DNA of 27,460 nt from a virus. Lineage: Duplodnaviria; Caudoviricetes. Location of the stretch: the IMG/VR virus record IMGVR_UViG_3300037470_000319, positions 1-27,460 of that record; one strand, given 5' to 3'. Below, in pieces: positions 8,138 through 17,082 of this stretch (position 1 is its first letter; every line of letters starts with the position of its first letter). The notes beneath the pieces were generated by a model, which saw only the letters and a list, made by a program, of their open reading frames with translations, ran no database searches and was not told the origin of the DNA. Position numbers and translations under genes: made by a program.

Positions 8138-8328
8138 GCTTCCCGAGAGCCTGGGAGATCGTCAGCACTAGGCGGATCACCAAACGTGGCACCGTCCATG
8201 AGATGGCCGAGGTTGGCGTCAAGACCTTGTGTGAGAGGGATCTACCAGAGCCGTGGGAGTGGACTGATGCGATCGTATCTTGCCGTCAGTGTCTCGCTGC
8301 TCTCCGCATACAGGAGAACCAACCATGA
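8134..8328 (+). CDS. Small Cys/His protein
   Basis: AAGGAG RBS; H..LC...CRQC. Confidence 0.6.
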   Translation: MSFPRAWEIVSTRRITKRGTVHEMAEVGVKTLCERDLPEPWEWTDAIVSCRQCLAALRIQENQP

Positions 8329-8699
8329 GCGAAGCAAGACTGGAACTGGTCGAGACCAAGCAGATTCGTCAGTTCGCCTTCGACATTGTGGTGGGTGCGT
8401 TGGGTATGGACGAGTCCGACATGGACGACCAGGCGGAGACTTCACAAATGGTCGATGGCTGGATGGGGCATTGGGAGAAGTCTCGCCAAGTCTTGTCCGT
8501 ACCCTCCGAAGAGATGGTAGAGATAGCAGCCGCCACGATCTGTGACCTTGACGTGGACTTCGGTGTCAAATGGGACGACCTGGCAGGGCACTACACCGAC
8601 AGGCTGGTCGAGTCCACAAGGAACGAGTATCGCCATGCTGCCCGCGCTGCTCTTACTGCTGCTTTCAACACGTTGGGCATACAGGAGAAGGTAGAGTAG
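8325..8699 (+). CDS. Hypothetical protein
   Basis: AGGAG RBS, ATGA overlap (MSEARLE). Confidence 0.7.
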   Translation: MSEARLELVETKQIRQFAFDIVVGALGMDESDMDDQAETSQMVDGWMGHWEKSRQVLSVPSEEMVEIAAATICDLDVDFGVKWDDLAGHYTDRLVESTRNEYRHAARAALTAAFNTLGIQEKVE

Positions 8700-8703
8700 G
8701 ACC

Positions 8704-8937
8704 ATGCGAATCTTGTGGGCGTCGTTCATGGACGGAGACAATCAGGTCGGACCTCGCGTGCCGGTCAAGATGAGACGCCGTCTATTCAGTGTTCGCCGCT
8801 ATCGCAACGCGGAGCCTGTCGAATGGGTGCTTCCCCCTGGCTTCTATGAGAACCCGGCCATTGGTGTATGGGATGAGTCTGGGGTACTGGTCGACAGGGA
8901 GCCCCTGGTGACACAGGAGAAGGCAGACACCACCTGA
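8704..8937 (+). CDS. Hypothetical protein
   Basis: AGGA RBS; last gene of the array. Confidence 0.65.
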   Translation: MRILWASFMDGDNQVGPRVPVKMRRRLFSVRRYRNAEPVEWVLPPGFYENPAIGVWDESGVLVDREPLVTQEKADTT

Positions 8938-8978
8938 CCATCCTGGTAAATCCTGGGAACAGGCCAAGTCAGTAGACG

Positions 8979-9011
8979 TTTACTCACTTTCCCGGGTAAT
9001 GGAATTATAGT
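8979..9011 (+). promoter_or_regulatory. Repeated promoter-like element, copy 1
   Basis: TTTACTCACTTTCCCGGGTAAT (identical at 26587) followed by TATAGT at 9006. Confidence 0.65.
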
Positions 9012-9119
9012 GGGTTTCACGTGGTCTTGCGCCTCGAGCAGCACTCCACGTTCCTCTCCTCTCCTGACCGTTTGTCTCGTCTTGTTCGACGCGACCCCAA
9101 CCTTTGAAGGGGGCGGCTG

Positions 9120-10019
9120 ATGATTACGGGACGTTGGACGGGCTTCCGGTATACGGCCGGACAGAACACTGGTCAGGTGACGGAGGTCGTCGCTGTCGAC
9201 AGGAAACTCCCTCCATCCGAAGTCCCGGAAGGTGAGCTTCTTCCGGCTCATGCTGATGTGGTGGAGGCAGTGTTCACAGCCTACGAGCTGACCGGTTTCA
9301 GACGCCCGTGTCCTATCGGCTTTTCGATTGGTCATGTCGACGTGACTGCGGGAACATTGGGTGCGTGGGTGGAACGCGACGGCCAGATTCTCGCATTGTC
9401 GAACAATCATGTCCTAGCCAACTCCAACGCAGGGCGGAAGGGTGATGTGATTGTCCAGCCTGGCCGTGCAGACGATCCGAGTCTGCAACGGTTTGGGACC
9501 CTGGACGATTTTGTGCCGGTCGTTTTCCAGGACAAGAAGAAGCTTGCAGGCTTGTGGTGGAGATTGTGGAAGGGAATAGCGAATCTTGGAGCTCGCACGG
9601 TCGGATGCACTTACCGGCTTGTGGTCGTCCAGCAGGCGGTGAACCTGGTCGACGCTGCCGTCTGCCAGTCCGACACACCCGACTTCGTGGATCTGACAGG
9701 AAACCCGACCACCACGCACGCCCTGGCTCTCGGTGATGTAGTGGAGAAGACCGGCCGTACTACAGAACACACGACCGGAACCGTCGAAGGAGTGAACGCG
9801 ACGGTCACTGTCCAGTACGGCGCTCAGACAGCCCAGTTCGAAGACCAGGCCATCATCCGCGGATCCGAAGGAGAGTTTTCAGCCCCCGGAGATTCAGGGT
9901 CTGCTATCCACTCGCAAGGTGCTCTCGCTGGTCTCCTGTTCGCCGGCGGTAACGGTATCACGATCGCTAACCGGTGGGAACACGTCCAAACCCTCCTCAA
10001 CATCACACCAGTCCAGTAG
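9120..10019 (+). CDS. Trypsin-like (clan PA) serine protease
   Basis: AGTLG, LSNNHV (His), VDAAV (Asp), KTGRTT, PGDSGS (Ser). Confidence 0.85.
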   Translation: MITGRWTGFRYTAGQNTGQVTEVVAVDRKLPPSEVPEGELLPAHADVVEAVFTAYELTGFRRPCPIGFSIGHVDVTAGTLGAWVERDGQILALSNNHVLANSNAGRKGDVIVQPGRADDPSLQRFGTLDDFVPVVFQDKKKLAGLWWRLWKGIANLGARTVGCTYRLVVVQQAVNLVDAAVCQSDTPDFVDLTGNPTTTHALALGDVVEKTGRTTEHTTGTVEGVNATVTVQYGAQTAQFEDQAIIRGSEGEFSAPGDSGSAIHSQGALAGLLFAGGNGITIANRWEHVQTLLNITPVQ

Positions 10020-10036
10020 GGCGGAGGAGGATTCTG

Positions 10037-10462
10037 TTGTCACCATCACTCTGTCCACGCTGCCAAACCAACCCCAGAATCCAACACGGTCGACCTTGTC
10101 GCTCGTGCGTCAACGAATACCGGCGACAGCACTACCGCGACAACCATGAGACAGCGAAACGCCGTGTCCGTACCGACGCTTGGAAACGTCAAGGCATAGA
10201 CCTCACCTGGGTCGAGTACGAAACCCTCCTAGCCGACCAGCGAGGCGTCTGCGCCATCTGCCACCAGCCCCCAGGACAGAAAGCTCTTCACGTAGACCAC
10301 GACCACACCACCGGACAGGTCCGCTCCCTCCTCTGCTCCGGTTGCAACACAGCCATAGGAAGCGCACAAGAAAACCCTGCCCTCCTCTACCACATGGCCG
10401 ACTACCTCAAAACCCATCAGCCAACTCCGTCTTACCTTGTATGGTCAGGCAGTTTCGATTAG
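10037..10462 (+). CDS. Endonuclease VII family (His-Me) nuclease
   Basis: YETLLADQRGVCAIC...LHVDHDHTTGQVRSLLCSGCNTAIG; GGAGG RBS before TTG 10037. Confidence 0.88.
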   Translation: MSPSLCPRCQTNPRIQHGRPCRSCVNEYRRQHYRDNHETAKRRVRTDAWKRQGIDLTWVEYETLLADQRGVCAICHQPPGQKALHVDHDHTTGQVRSLLCSGCNTAIGSAQENPALLYHMADYLKTHQPTPSYLVWSGSFD

Positions 10463-10727
10463 CAACTGACCCCTTGGGGGAAGCGGAGAGCCGGTAGCCA
10501 GCTTGTCATAACATAGCTTATGGGCGCTGGCACGTGAAGGAAATGTCAACTGCTACCTGATGTTTCCTCGTATCCCAGAATGTGCCAGGAATGAAAGCGT
10601 ATGCACGCACACACCTTCCAGCAGCGTATGCCAATAGGCCGATCCCAATATGGACGGGGCCTATATAGGGATGTAGGTGGCGCTGTTGGTTGCGGTAGTG
10701 GTAGCGCTGGAGTGTTTGGAGGTGGGC

Positions 10728-12767
10728 ATGTCTGCTGGTTCGGGGTTTGCTAGGTCGCAGGATACTCCGTGTGCTCACGTGTTTCCGGAGGGTCATGCGA
10801 AGGCGGGGTCGCGGTGTGCGTCTCGGATTTTGGCGTTTGGGTCGGAGTTTTGTTCGATGCATGTTCCTGGTCGGGATCATCGTGCGGCGTTGAAGGCTGG
10901 TCTTGTTGAGGCGGAACTGCGGAAGGTGTCGGCTCGGCAGCGTCGGAAGCCGAGTGTCGGGTTTTTCCGTGAGGGGTGGGATGCGCGTCCGTTTAAGCCT
11001 GTGAAGGATTGTGCTCGGGCGTTCAACGTGGATGTGACGACGGTGTACCGGTGGTATGCGTGGGTGCAGCATCGGGATTTGGAGGCGGAGCTTTCGGAGG
11101 ATTGGGAGACTCCTCCCCGTCATTTCTCTGAGAGCTTATGGGAGCTGACGGTGGGGGATCTTCCGTCGTTGACGGAGGATTTCGTCTGGTTCCGAAACGA
11201 GTATTTCAGAACTGAACGGGGGGAGAAGTGGAAGACTCCTCCGTTTCAGCTCCGCTGGTTGGAGCGGATTCTTCATGCTCTGGTCACGGGTGGCCGGCTG
11301 GTCATCCTGTCCCCTCCTCGTCATGGGAAGACGGAACTTCTTATCGCCTTGTGCGTGTGGCTGATCTGCCGGTTTCCGAACATTCGGATCATCTGGGTGG
11401 GCGGTAACGAGGAGCTGGCGAAACAGGCCGTCGAGAAGGTGATGGACGAACTCGAGAACAACGAGGAGTTGGTCCGCGATTTCTGCCCTCCCGGGTCGGG
11501 GTTCAAACCGGACAAGTTCGGCGGGAAATGGTCGTCGCAAAGGTTCGCGGTTGACACTCGAACGCAGACGGGAATCAAACAGCCGACGATGAAAGCGGTC
11601 GGTCGTGGCGGTCGTCTCCGTTCTCAGGATACGGATTTCATCGTCAACGACGACATTGAGGATGAGAAGTCGACGGTCCAGCCGATGACCCGTGAGGAGA
11701 CTCGACGCTGGTGGACTACCGGTCCGGACTCTCGGAAAGAGGAACATTCGGCCCTGTTCTATGTCGGATCTCGTGCCCATCCTGACGATCTGGGCGGGCA
11801 TCTTTTGGAGAATCCGGCTTACGACCAGGTGGTTGAACATGCTCACGATCCGGCCTGCAAAATCCCTGAAGAACCCGAACATTACGGAGAGCACATCGAC
11901 TGCATGCTTTTCCCGGATCTTAGGTCGTACCGGTGGCTGATGGATCAGAAAATGTCGTCTCAGACGGTCGGCGGGCAGGCCATTTTCGACATGCTCTACC
12001 AGAACCTTCCGTCGGCGGAAGGTTTCATGCCTTTCACCGCGGAAATCGTCGACCCGTGCCTGTCCAAACTGCACGTTGTTGGCAGTATTCCCAAGCCGAT
12101 CCGGACGGACGGAGAGTCCGATGTGGGAGCGGTCAATCTGGTCGCCGGCCTCGACCCGTCCTTCTCCGGGTTCCAAGCATCCTTCCTGTGGGCATTTCAG
12201 GTCAGACCCGAACTGCACATGTGGATGGTCGACCTCGAGAACCGTCCTGGTGGGGGAATTCCCAACGCCTACGCCATAATCCGCGAATGGTATGAGTCGT
12301 ACCATTGTTCCCACTGGCTGATCGAAGAGAACCTTTACCACGGCGGCATCGTCGAAAACGAGCAGATCCGAGAGTACGCCAGCAGGCATGGCATCCGCTT
12401 GGAAGCGTGGAACACCTACCGGAACAAGTTCGACAAGCGGATCGGGGTTACGGCCATGCCGCCCCTGTTCGCTCAGAAGCAGATCACTCTTCCGTACGGC
12501 GATCCGAAGTCGATCGTGAAAACCGACCTGTACCGGAAACAGCTCATCTACTTCGATCCGAACGCGCCGAAGAACCGGAACCGTACCGGATACAAGAACG
12601 ATCTTGTAATGGCCTCCTGGTTCCCGATGGAGGTAATCCGCCGAGCTCAACAGGAGTTCATCGCGGACATGGGCGTGGACATGTCGGGGATGCCGTTCGC
12701 TCCGGATGGTTGGAATGATGTGCCGTGGGCGGACTGGAATGTTCCCCCCTGGGAGAAAGTAGGGTGA
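10728..12767 (+). CDS. terL: Terminase large subunit with N-terminal Zn-finger/HTH extension
   Basis: Walker A PPRHGKT, Walker B FIVNDD, YQN linker, nuclease GLDPS...NDLVMA; GGAGG RBS before ATG 10728. Confidence 0.88.
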   Translation: MSAGSGFARSQDTPCAHVFPEGHAKAGSRCASRILAFGSEFCSMHVPGRDHRAALKAGLVEAELRKVSARQRRKPSVGFFREGWDARPFKPVKDCARAFNVDVTTVYRWYAWVQHRDLEAELSEDWETPPRHFSESLWELTVGDLPSLTEDFVWFRNEYFRTERGEKWKTPPFQLRWLERILHALVTGGRLVILSPPRHGKTELLIALCVWLICRFPNIRIIWVGGNEELAKQAVEKVMDELENNEELVRDFCPPGSGFKPDKFGGKWSSQRFAVDTRTQTGIKQPTMKAVGRGGRLRSQDTDFIVNDDIEDEKSTVQPMTREETRRWWTTGPDSRKEEHSALFYVGSRAHPDDLGGHLLENPAYDQVVEHAHDPACKIPEEPEHYGEHIDCMLFPDLRSYRWLMDQKMSSQTVGGQAIFDMLYQNLPSAEGFMPFTAEIVDPCLSKLHVVGSIPKPIRTDGESDVGAVNLVAGLDPSFSGFQASFLWAFQVRPELHMWMVDLENRPGGGIPNAYAIIREWYESYHCSHWLIEENLYHGGIVENEQIREYASRHGIRLEAWNTYRNKFDKRIGVTAMPPLFAQKQITLPYGDPKSIVKTDLYRKQLIYFDPNAPKNRNRTGYKNDLVMASWFPMEVIRRAQQEFIADMGVDMSGMPFAPDGWNDVPWADWNVPPWEKVG

Positions 12768-12770
12768 ATC

Positions 12771-13142
12771 GTGAGTGATGCAGGCAATTTCGCTGAAACG
12801 GAGATAGCCGACTATCTGGGCGGGAATGGCGCGCCGTCGGCGGTTACGAACGTCTGGCTGAAACTCCACCTTGGAGCTCCCGGCGAGACTGGTACAGCGA
12901 ACGCTGCCGTGGAGACGACCCGTATGGAGGCCACGTATGATGCTGCTGTAAGCGGCGTGGCCTCACTGACGGCGACCGTGTCGTGGACTTCCGTATCGAC
13001 GACCGAATCGGTCACTCATGTTTCAGCGTGGGATGCGGAAACCGCAGGCAACCACTTGTTCAACGGGACTCTCGCCTCGACAGTCTCCTTGACGGCTGGC
13101 GACGATCTTGATTTGACCGCTCATACGATCACTGTCGCCTGA
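12771..13142 (+). CDS. Virion structural/tail-accessory protein
   Basis: VWLKLHLGAPGETG..THVSAWDAETAGNHLF pattern of small phage tail-associated beta proteins. Confidence 0.6.
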   Translation: MSDAGNFAETEIADYLGGNGAPSAVTNVWLKLHLGAPGETGTANAAVETTRMEATYDAAVSGVASLTATVSWTSVSTTESVTHVSAWDAETAGNHLFNGTLASTVSLTAGDDLDLTAHTITVA

Positions 13143-13912
13143 TGGTCGACACGGTCCGCACTCTGTCCGCACTCCAAGCCCTCCTCGCTGACAACACGGC
13201 CGGGGATATTTCACCTCAGGATCATCGGGACGAGCTGGTCTCGTCGTGGACTCCTGAATGGGTCCGCTATCTGGGACACCGGCTACCCGACGAAACCGCT
13301 CATGCTCTCGACGATTTCTTCGATTCGGACACGTCAGCGGATTACACGCAGACCACTCCCACCGGAACCGCCACGCCGACGATCGGCCGTGGGGTTCTCT
13401 CGTGGGTGTTTGACGACCAGTCGTCGGGTGACATGGTCGGCTATACGAAAGCGTTCGGTGCGATCTCCCCGCCGATCACCATCGAAACCGCGGTCAGATT
13501 GTACGGGTCGAACGGGACCAAGTTCGCTGGTCTGCTTTTTTCGGACGGCACCACAGCGACCTCCAACTATTTCGGAGTGTTCACAGGGCCAGTGTCGACG
13601 ACGAGCGGCCAGTTCACCGCTTATTCGGGCACGTTCACCGTCGCTGCTACCGACCACGGCCCATACACCCTGACCGGCTGGTCGAACGCGTTCGGCCTCG
13701 TGTTCCTTCGGTGCATTTGGAAGACGACCAACACGTTCAAAATGCAAATGTCCATCGACGGAGTGACCTGGACCGACTTCGGGGAGGGGGACATGACGTT
13801 CGCCATGACTCCGACTCGTATCGGACTTCTCGTGTCGAATTATGCGAACACGTCGCCTTCTCTGGCCTCCCACGAATATCTACGAGTGTACGAAGCTGAT
13901 CTGAGCGCCTGA
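13142..13912 (+). CDS. Putative tail fibre/receptor-binding-like protein with beta-rich C-domain
   Basis: N-terminal LADNTAGDISPQD motif; Thr/Gly/aromatic beta-rich body; TGATG coupling. Confidence 0.55.
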   Translation: MVDTVRTLSALQALLADNTAGDISPQDHRDELVSSWTPEWVRYLGHRLPDETAHALDDFFDSDTSADYTQTTPTGTATPTIGRGVLSWVFDDQSSGDMVGYTKAFGAISPPITIETAVRLYGSNGTKFAGLLFSDGTTATSNYFGVFTGPVSTTSGQFTAYSGTFTVAATDHGPYTLTGWSNAFGLVFLRCIWKTTNTFKMQMSIDGVTWTDFGEGDMTFAMTPTRIGLLVSNYANTSPSLASHEYLRVYEADLSA

Positions 13913-14430
13913 TGGCCGGCGCCTACTCTTCGGGTTACTCCTCGGGCTACGACATTGCTGCGGGGACCACTCACGAGGCGACCGCCACCACATCGATCGC
14001 GGTTACGACGGCGGTTACGGGGAAGGCTCGAAGGAAAGCTACTGCCATCACGACGGTAACGGTCACATCGTCGGCGACGGGGAAAGCCCGCCGTAAGACG
14101 ACTGCGACTACGAGCATCACGGTCACTTCGACCGCGGCTGGCAGTATCAACGTTCCGAAGACCGTCCACACTGCTACTGCACTCTCGAGCATCACGGTCG
14201 TTTCTGCAGGGTCGGCTCACAAGCGGAAGCGTGCGACAGGAACTACCAGTCTCACCGTCACCACGTCGGGATCTGGGAAAGCTCGCCGGAAGACGACCGC
14301 CACCACGGAAATCACGGTGACTCTCGCGTCTAACGGGTGGGTGCCGAAAGAACATGTCGGCGGGAACAGTCTCCTCACCGTGACCAGCCCACCGTTCAGC
14401 CGTCTCACAGACATCGGAGAGGAGGACTAA
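13912..14430 (+). CDS. Thr-rich repeat virion protein
   Basis: YSSGYSSGY start and about six ~20-aa repeats of ATxTTSxTVTxxxxGKARRK. Confidence 0.6.
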   Translation: MAGAYSSGYSSGYDIAAGTTHEATATTSIAVTTAVTGKARRKATAITTVTVTSSATGKARRKTTATTSITVTSTAAGSINVPKTVHTATALSSITVVSAGSAHKRKRATGTTSLTVTTSGSGKARRKTTATTEITVTLASNGWVPKEHVGGNSLLTVTSPPFSRLTDIGEED

Positions 14431-14754
14431 TTGGCGTCAATGACGATCAAGAGGAACGATACTGCTCCGCCGTTCACCGCTACGTGTACTGACGCTGACG
14501 GCGACGCTGTCGACATTTCCAACGCAACGATCCGCTTCCACATGGAAGACTCGTCCGGGACGGTCAAAGTCGACGCAGCCGCTGACATTGTCCTCGGAAC
14601 CGCGGGAACGGTCCGTTATGACTGGGCTGCTGCGGATACGGACACGGCCGGCCATTTCAAAGCGGAAGTCGAAGTCACGTTCGCAGACGGGACGATCAGA
14701 ACGTTTCCGACTACCAATTTCGCGACCGTCCGAATCATCGGTGACATCGTATGA
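14431..14754 (+). CDS. BppU-N-like (baseplate upper protein) Ig-like domain protein
   Basis: IKRNDT..DISNATIRFHM..GTVRYDW...DTDTAG.F.AEVEVTFADG...TFP. Confidence 0.75.
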   Translation: MASMTIKRNDTAPPFTATCTDADGDAVDISNATIRFHMEDSSGTVKVDAAADIVLGTAGTVRYDWAAADTDTAGHFKAEVEVTFADGTIRTFPTTNFATVRIIGDIV

Positions 14755-16496
14755 AATCTCAGGAAGACGCCCTACTCCGCGCGTCCAGTCTCCGCGGGAA
14801 CATGGACTTCGCTTCTCACGCCCGCCATCGGATACGTTCCATTCTCGACGGCGGCCCCGGAGCCATCGTCGCATTGCTCGGGGATCAGATGGGTAACCTC
14901 GGCGTCCAAGATTTACCGTGGGTGAACTTTATCCACTCGGGTATCACCGCGCTCGCTCAGAAGCTCGGACAAGTTCCCGAAGCCCGCGTATCACCTCCCC
15001 ATGACACGGACAATGAGGCGCCTAGGAAACGGGCGGAGAAACGGGAGCGGATCGTCACCGCCTACGACGAATACGACCGTCTGGAACTCCAGTTGCCTCA
15101 GGTGGGAAGGTGGCTGCCCGGCTACGGATTCTCCGTATGGACGATCAGCACTCAAATGTCTTCCGACGGATACGTGTACCCGTGCGCCCAACTCCGCGAC
15201 CCGTACGACGCCTATCCCGGCGAGTGGGGAGTTCGCCAGCAACCAGAAGAACTCGCCATCTGCCGTCGAATCTCACCGGTTGAAGCGCAACGCCGCTATC
15301 CGAAATACGCCAGCCAGATCGCCACTGTCAGTCGAGGGCACAATCGGGTCGGCGGAGGGATCCTCCTGTCATCGTCGTCAGGCTGGGAGAATCAGACGGG
15401 TAGAGGTTTGGAGCTCGTCGAATACTACGACAAGGACGGAACGCATATTCTCCTCCCGAAGATCGAGACGAGGGTCGACTTCCATCCGAATCCGATTTCC
15501 ACTCCAGCCTTTGTTGTTGCGAAGAGATACGCGTTTAACAATCTGATCGGCCAGTACGACCATGCGATCGGTCCGATGGGCGCACATGCGAAACTGTCGA
15601 TCCTGTATTTGACGTCGATGCAGGACAACGTGTTCGCCCCGACCGACATCAGCGGAGATTTCGACGGTCAGTACAAGCGTGGCCGTTTCGCCGTCAACCG
15701 GCTCGCTCCGAACACTCAAGTAACCCGGCCAGTGTCGAACATTCCCTACCAGGCGTTCGAAGGACTCAACCGGATCGAACGGGACATCCGGAACATCATC
15801 CGCTATCCCATCCAGGACGACGGCAACTCCCCATTGAACTTCGCTACCGGCGCCGGACTGGAAGAACTCCAAGCCGGAGTGACTGCGGAGGTCGCCGAAT
15901 ACCAGAAGATCTTCCGATACGCCCTCCAAGACTTGGATGCGAAACGGCTCGAATGGGACGAGGCCGTATCCCCTGACACTCGCAAACCGCTGGCCGGGTT
16001 GAAGCTCGGCGTTCCTCACACCGAATCGTATGTCCCGTCCAAGGACATCAAAGGGAATTGGAAGACCTCTCGCGAATACGGGTTCATGTCCGGCTTCGAC
16101 GAACCTCAGAAGATTGTTGCGGGCGGGCAGATGATGACAATGGGACTGCTCGACAGGTTGACCTTCCAGGAGAAGATCACCGGCCTGAAAGACATTCCTC
16201 GTATCAACGAACGTCAACTCGACGACAAGATGCGTGATGTTCTCCACCAGGGTCTTCTAGCAGCAGCATCGCAGAACGATCCGAAAGCGATGATGATCGC
16301 CGTGGACTCTCTCCCCGCCGGCCCAGAAAAAGAGTTGTACCAGAAATGGTTGACACCCGACGGCGAGCAGTTAAGTCCCGAAGAGGAAGCGATGGCCGCC
16401 GCTCCGCAGGGCGCACCAGACGACATCACGACGGTTCTCTCCCAACTGACAGGCCAAGGACAACGCGGCGGCATACAGACCGTGAGCCGCGTATGA
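14751..16496 (+). CDS. Portal protein (podovirus-type head-tail connector)
   Basis: 581 aa, downstream of terL; DPYDAYP, GQYD and low-complexity C-tail consistent with podoviral portals. Confidence 0.72.
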   Translation: MKSQEDALLRASSLRGNMDFASHARHRIRSILDGGPGAIVALLGDQMGNLGVQDLPWVNFIHSGITALAQKLGQVPEARVSPPHDTDNEAPRKRAEKRERIVTAYDEYDRLELQLPQVGRWLPGYGFSVWTISTQMSSDGYVYPCAQLRDPYDAYPGEWGVRQQPEELAICRRISPVEAQRRYPKYASQIATVSRGHNRVGGGILLSSSSGWENQTGRGLELVEYYDKDGTHILLPKIETRVDFHPNPISTPAFVVAKRYAFNNLIGQYDHAIGPMGAHAKLSILYLTSMQDNVFAPTDISGDFDGQYKRGRFAVNRLAPNTQVTRPVSNIPYQAFEGLNRIERDIRNIIRYPIQDDGNSPLNFATGAGLEELQAGVTAEVAEYQKIFRYALQDLDAKRLEWDEAVSPDTRKPLAGLKLGVPHTESYVPSKDIKGNWKTSREYGFMSGFDEPQKIVAGGQMMTMGLLDRLTFQEKITGLKDIPRINERQLDDKMRDVLHQGLLAAASQNDPKAMMIAVDSLPAGPEKELYQKWLTPDGEQLSPEEEAMAAAPQGAPDDITTVLSQLTGQGQRGGIQTVSRV

Positions 16497-16511
16497 GACG
16501 AAAGGAAACGC

Positions 16512-16733
16512 ATGGCTAAGAAGCGCATGAAACGCACGAAGAATGGGATACCCAACCCGTTCAACCCGATGGACCCTGACTGGGAGAGACCCCCGTCGAC
16601 ACCGAAGCCGCCTCCGCCGGTACGGAAGGTGAGTTTGACACCGGCCGCGAGTCTGCGTGCCCGTTCGGTTGGAGTGTCGTCGTCGTCGCGGCAGCGGACG
16701 AACAAGCGTGGACCGGCGAAACGGAAACGTTGA
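16512..16733 (+). CDS. Small basic Pro-rich protein
   Basis: AAAGGA RBS; K/R/P-rich. Confidence 0.55.
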   Translation: MAKKRMKRTKNGIPNPFNPMDPDWERPPSTPKPPPPVRKVSLTPAASLRARSVGVSSSSRQRTNKRGPAKRKR

Positions 16734-16752
16734 ACTCGGGGAGGAGTGACAT

Positions 16753-17082
16753 ATGACCTATCAGGCTGTCACTGCTCCGACAGGGCAACGGTATGGCGCG
16801 AAGAAAGCTCAGGAGGACGCTCAGCGTGCCGTCCCGCTTCCCGACAATCGGGCGCCTACCGGCAGTCCCCCACAGTCGCCGCCGCCCTCACCACCGCAGG
16901 ACATTTTCGGTGCGTCGCAACGTCCCGGCGAACCGTTGACGGCGGGCGCGGCGGAAGGGCCAGGCCCCGGCCAGATGGGAATGCTCCCCGAAGATGGGCT
17001 TGAGATCATGCGTGCGGCGGTGGCGAACGGGTTCGACCGGACCGGAGCTATCCGCCGGCTACTGGAGAGGGCGGCAGGATGA
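16753..17082 (+). CDS. Hypothetical virion-module protein
   Basis: GAGGAG RBS; GQRYG..QRPGEPLTAG. Confidence 0.65.
   Translation: MTYQAVTAPTGQRYGAKKAQEDAQRAVPLPDNRAPTGSPPQSPPPSPPQDIFGASQRPGEPLTAGAAEGPGPGQMGMLPEDGLEIMRAAVANGFDRTGAIRRLLERAAG

Noticed and set aside
6594-8927. CRISPR array or integron attC cassettes
   Set aside because: The repeats are short, of several different sequences, lie within coding ends and lack attC palindromes or constant spacers; no cas or intI in the window.
8978-9000. SigB/SigF-type promoter (GTTT..GGGTAA) reading of the 22-mer
   Set aside because: Spacing is about 2-4 nt shorter than those consensus promoters; the fixed-offset TAnnnT explains both copies better.
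10463-10560. tRNA in the gap after endonuclease VII
   Set aside because: Only short hairpins; no cloverleaf or T-loop consensus.
11136-12869. 577-aa minus-strand ORF (and others at 15378-16247, 19385-20119, 25379-26299)
   Set aside because: Antisense shadows of well-supported + strand genes, expected in high-GC DNA; no recognisable motifs.
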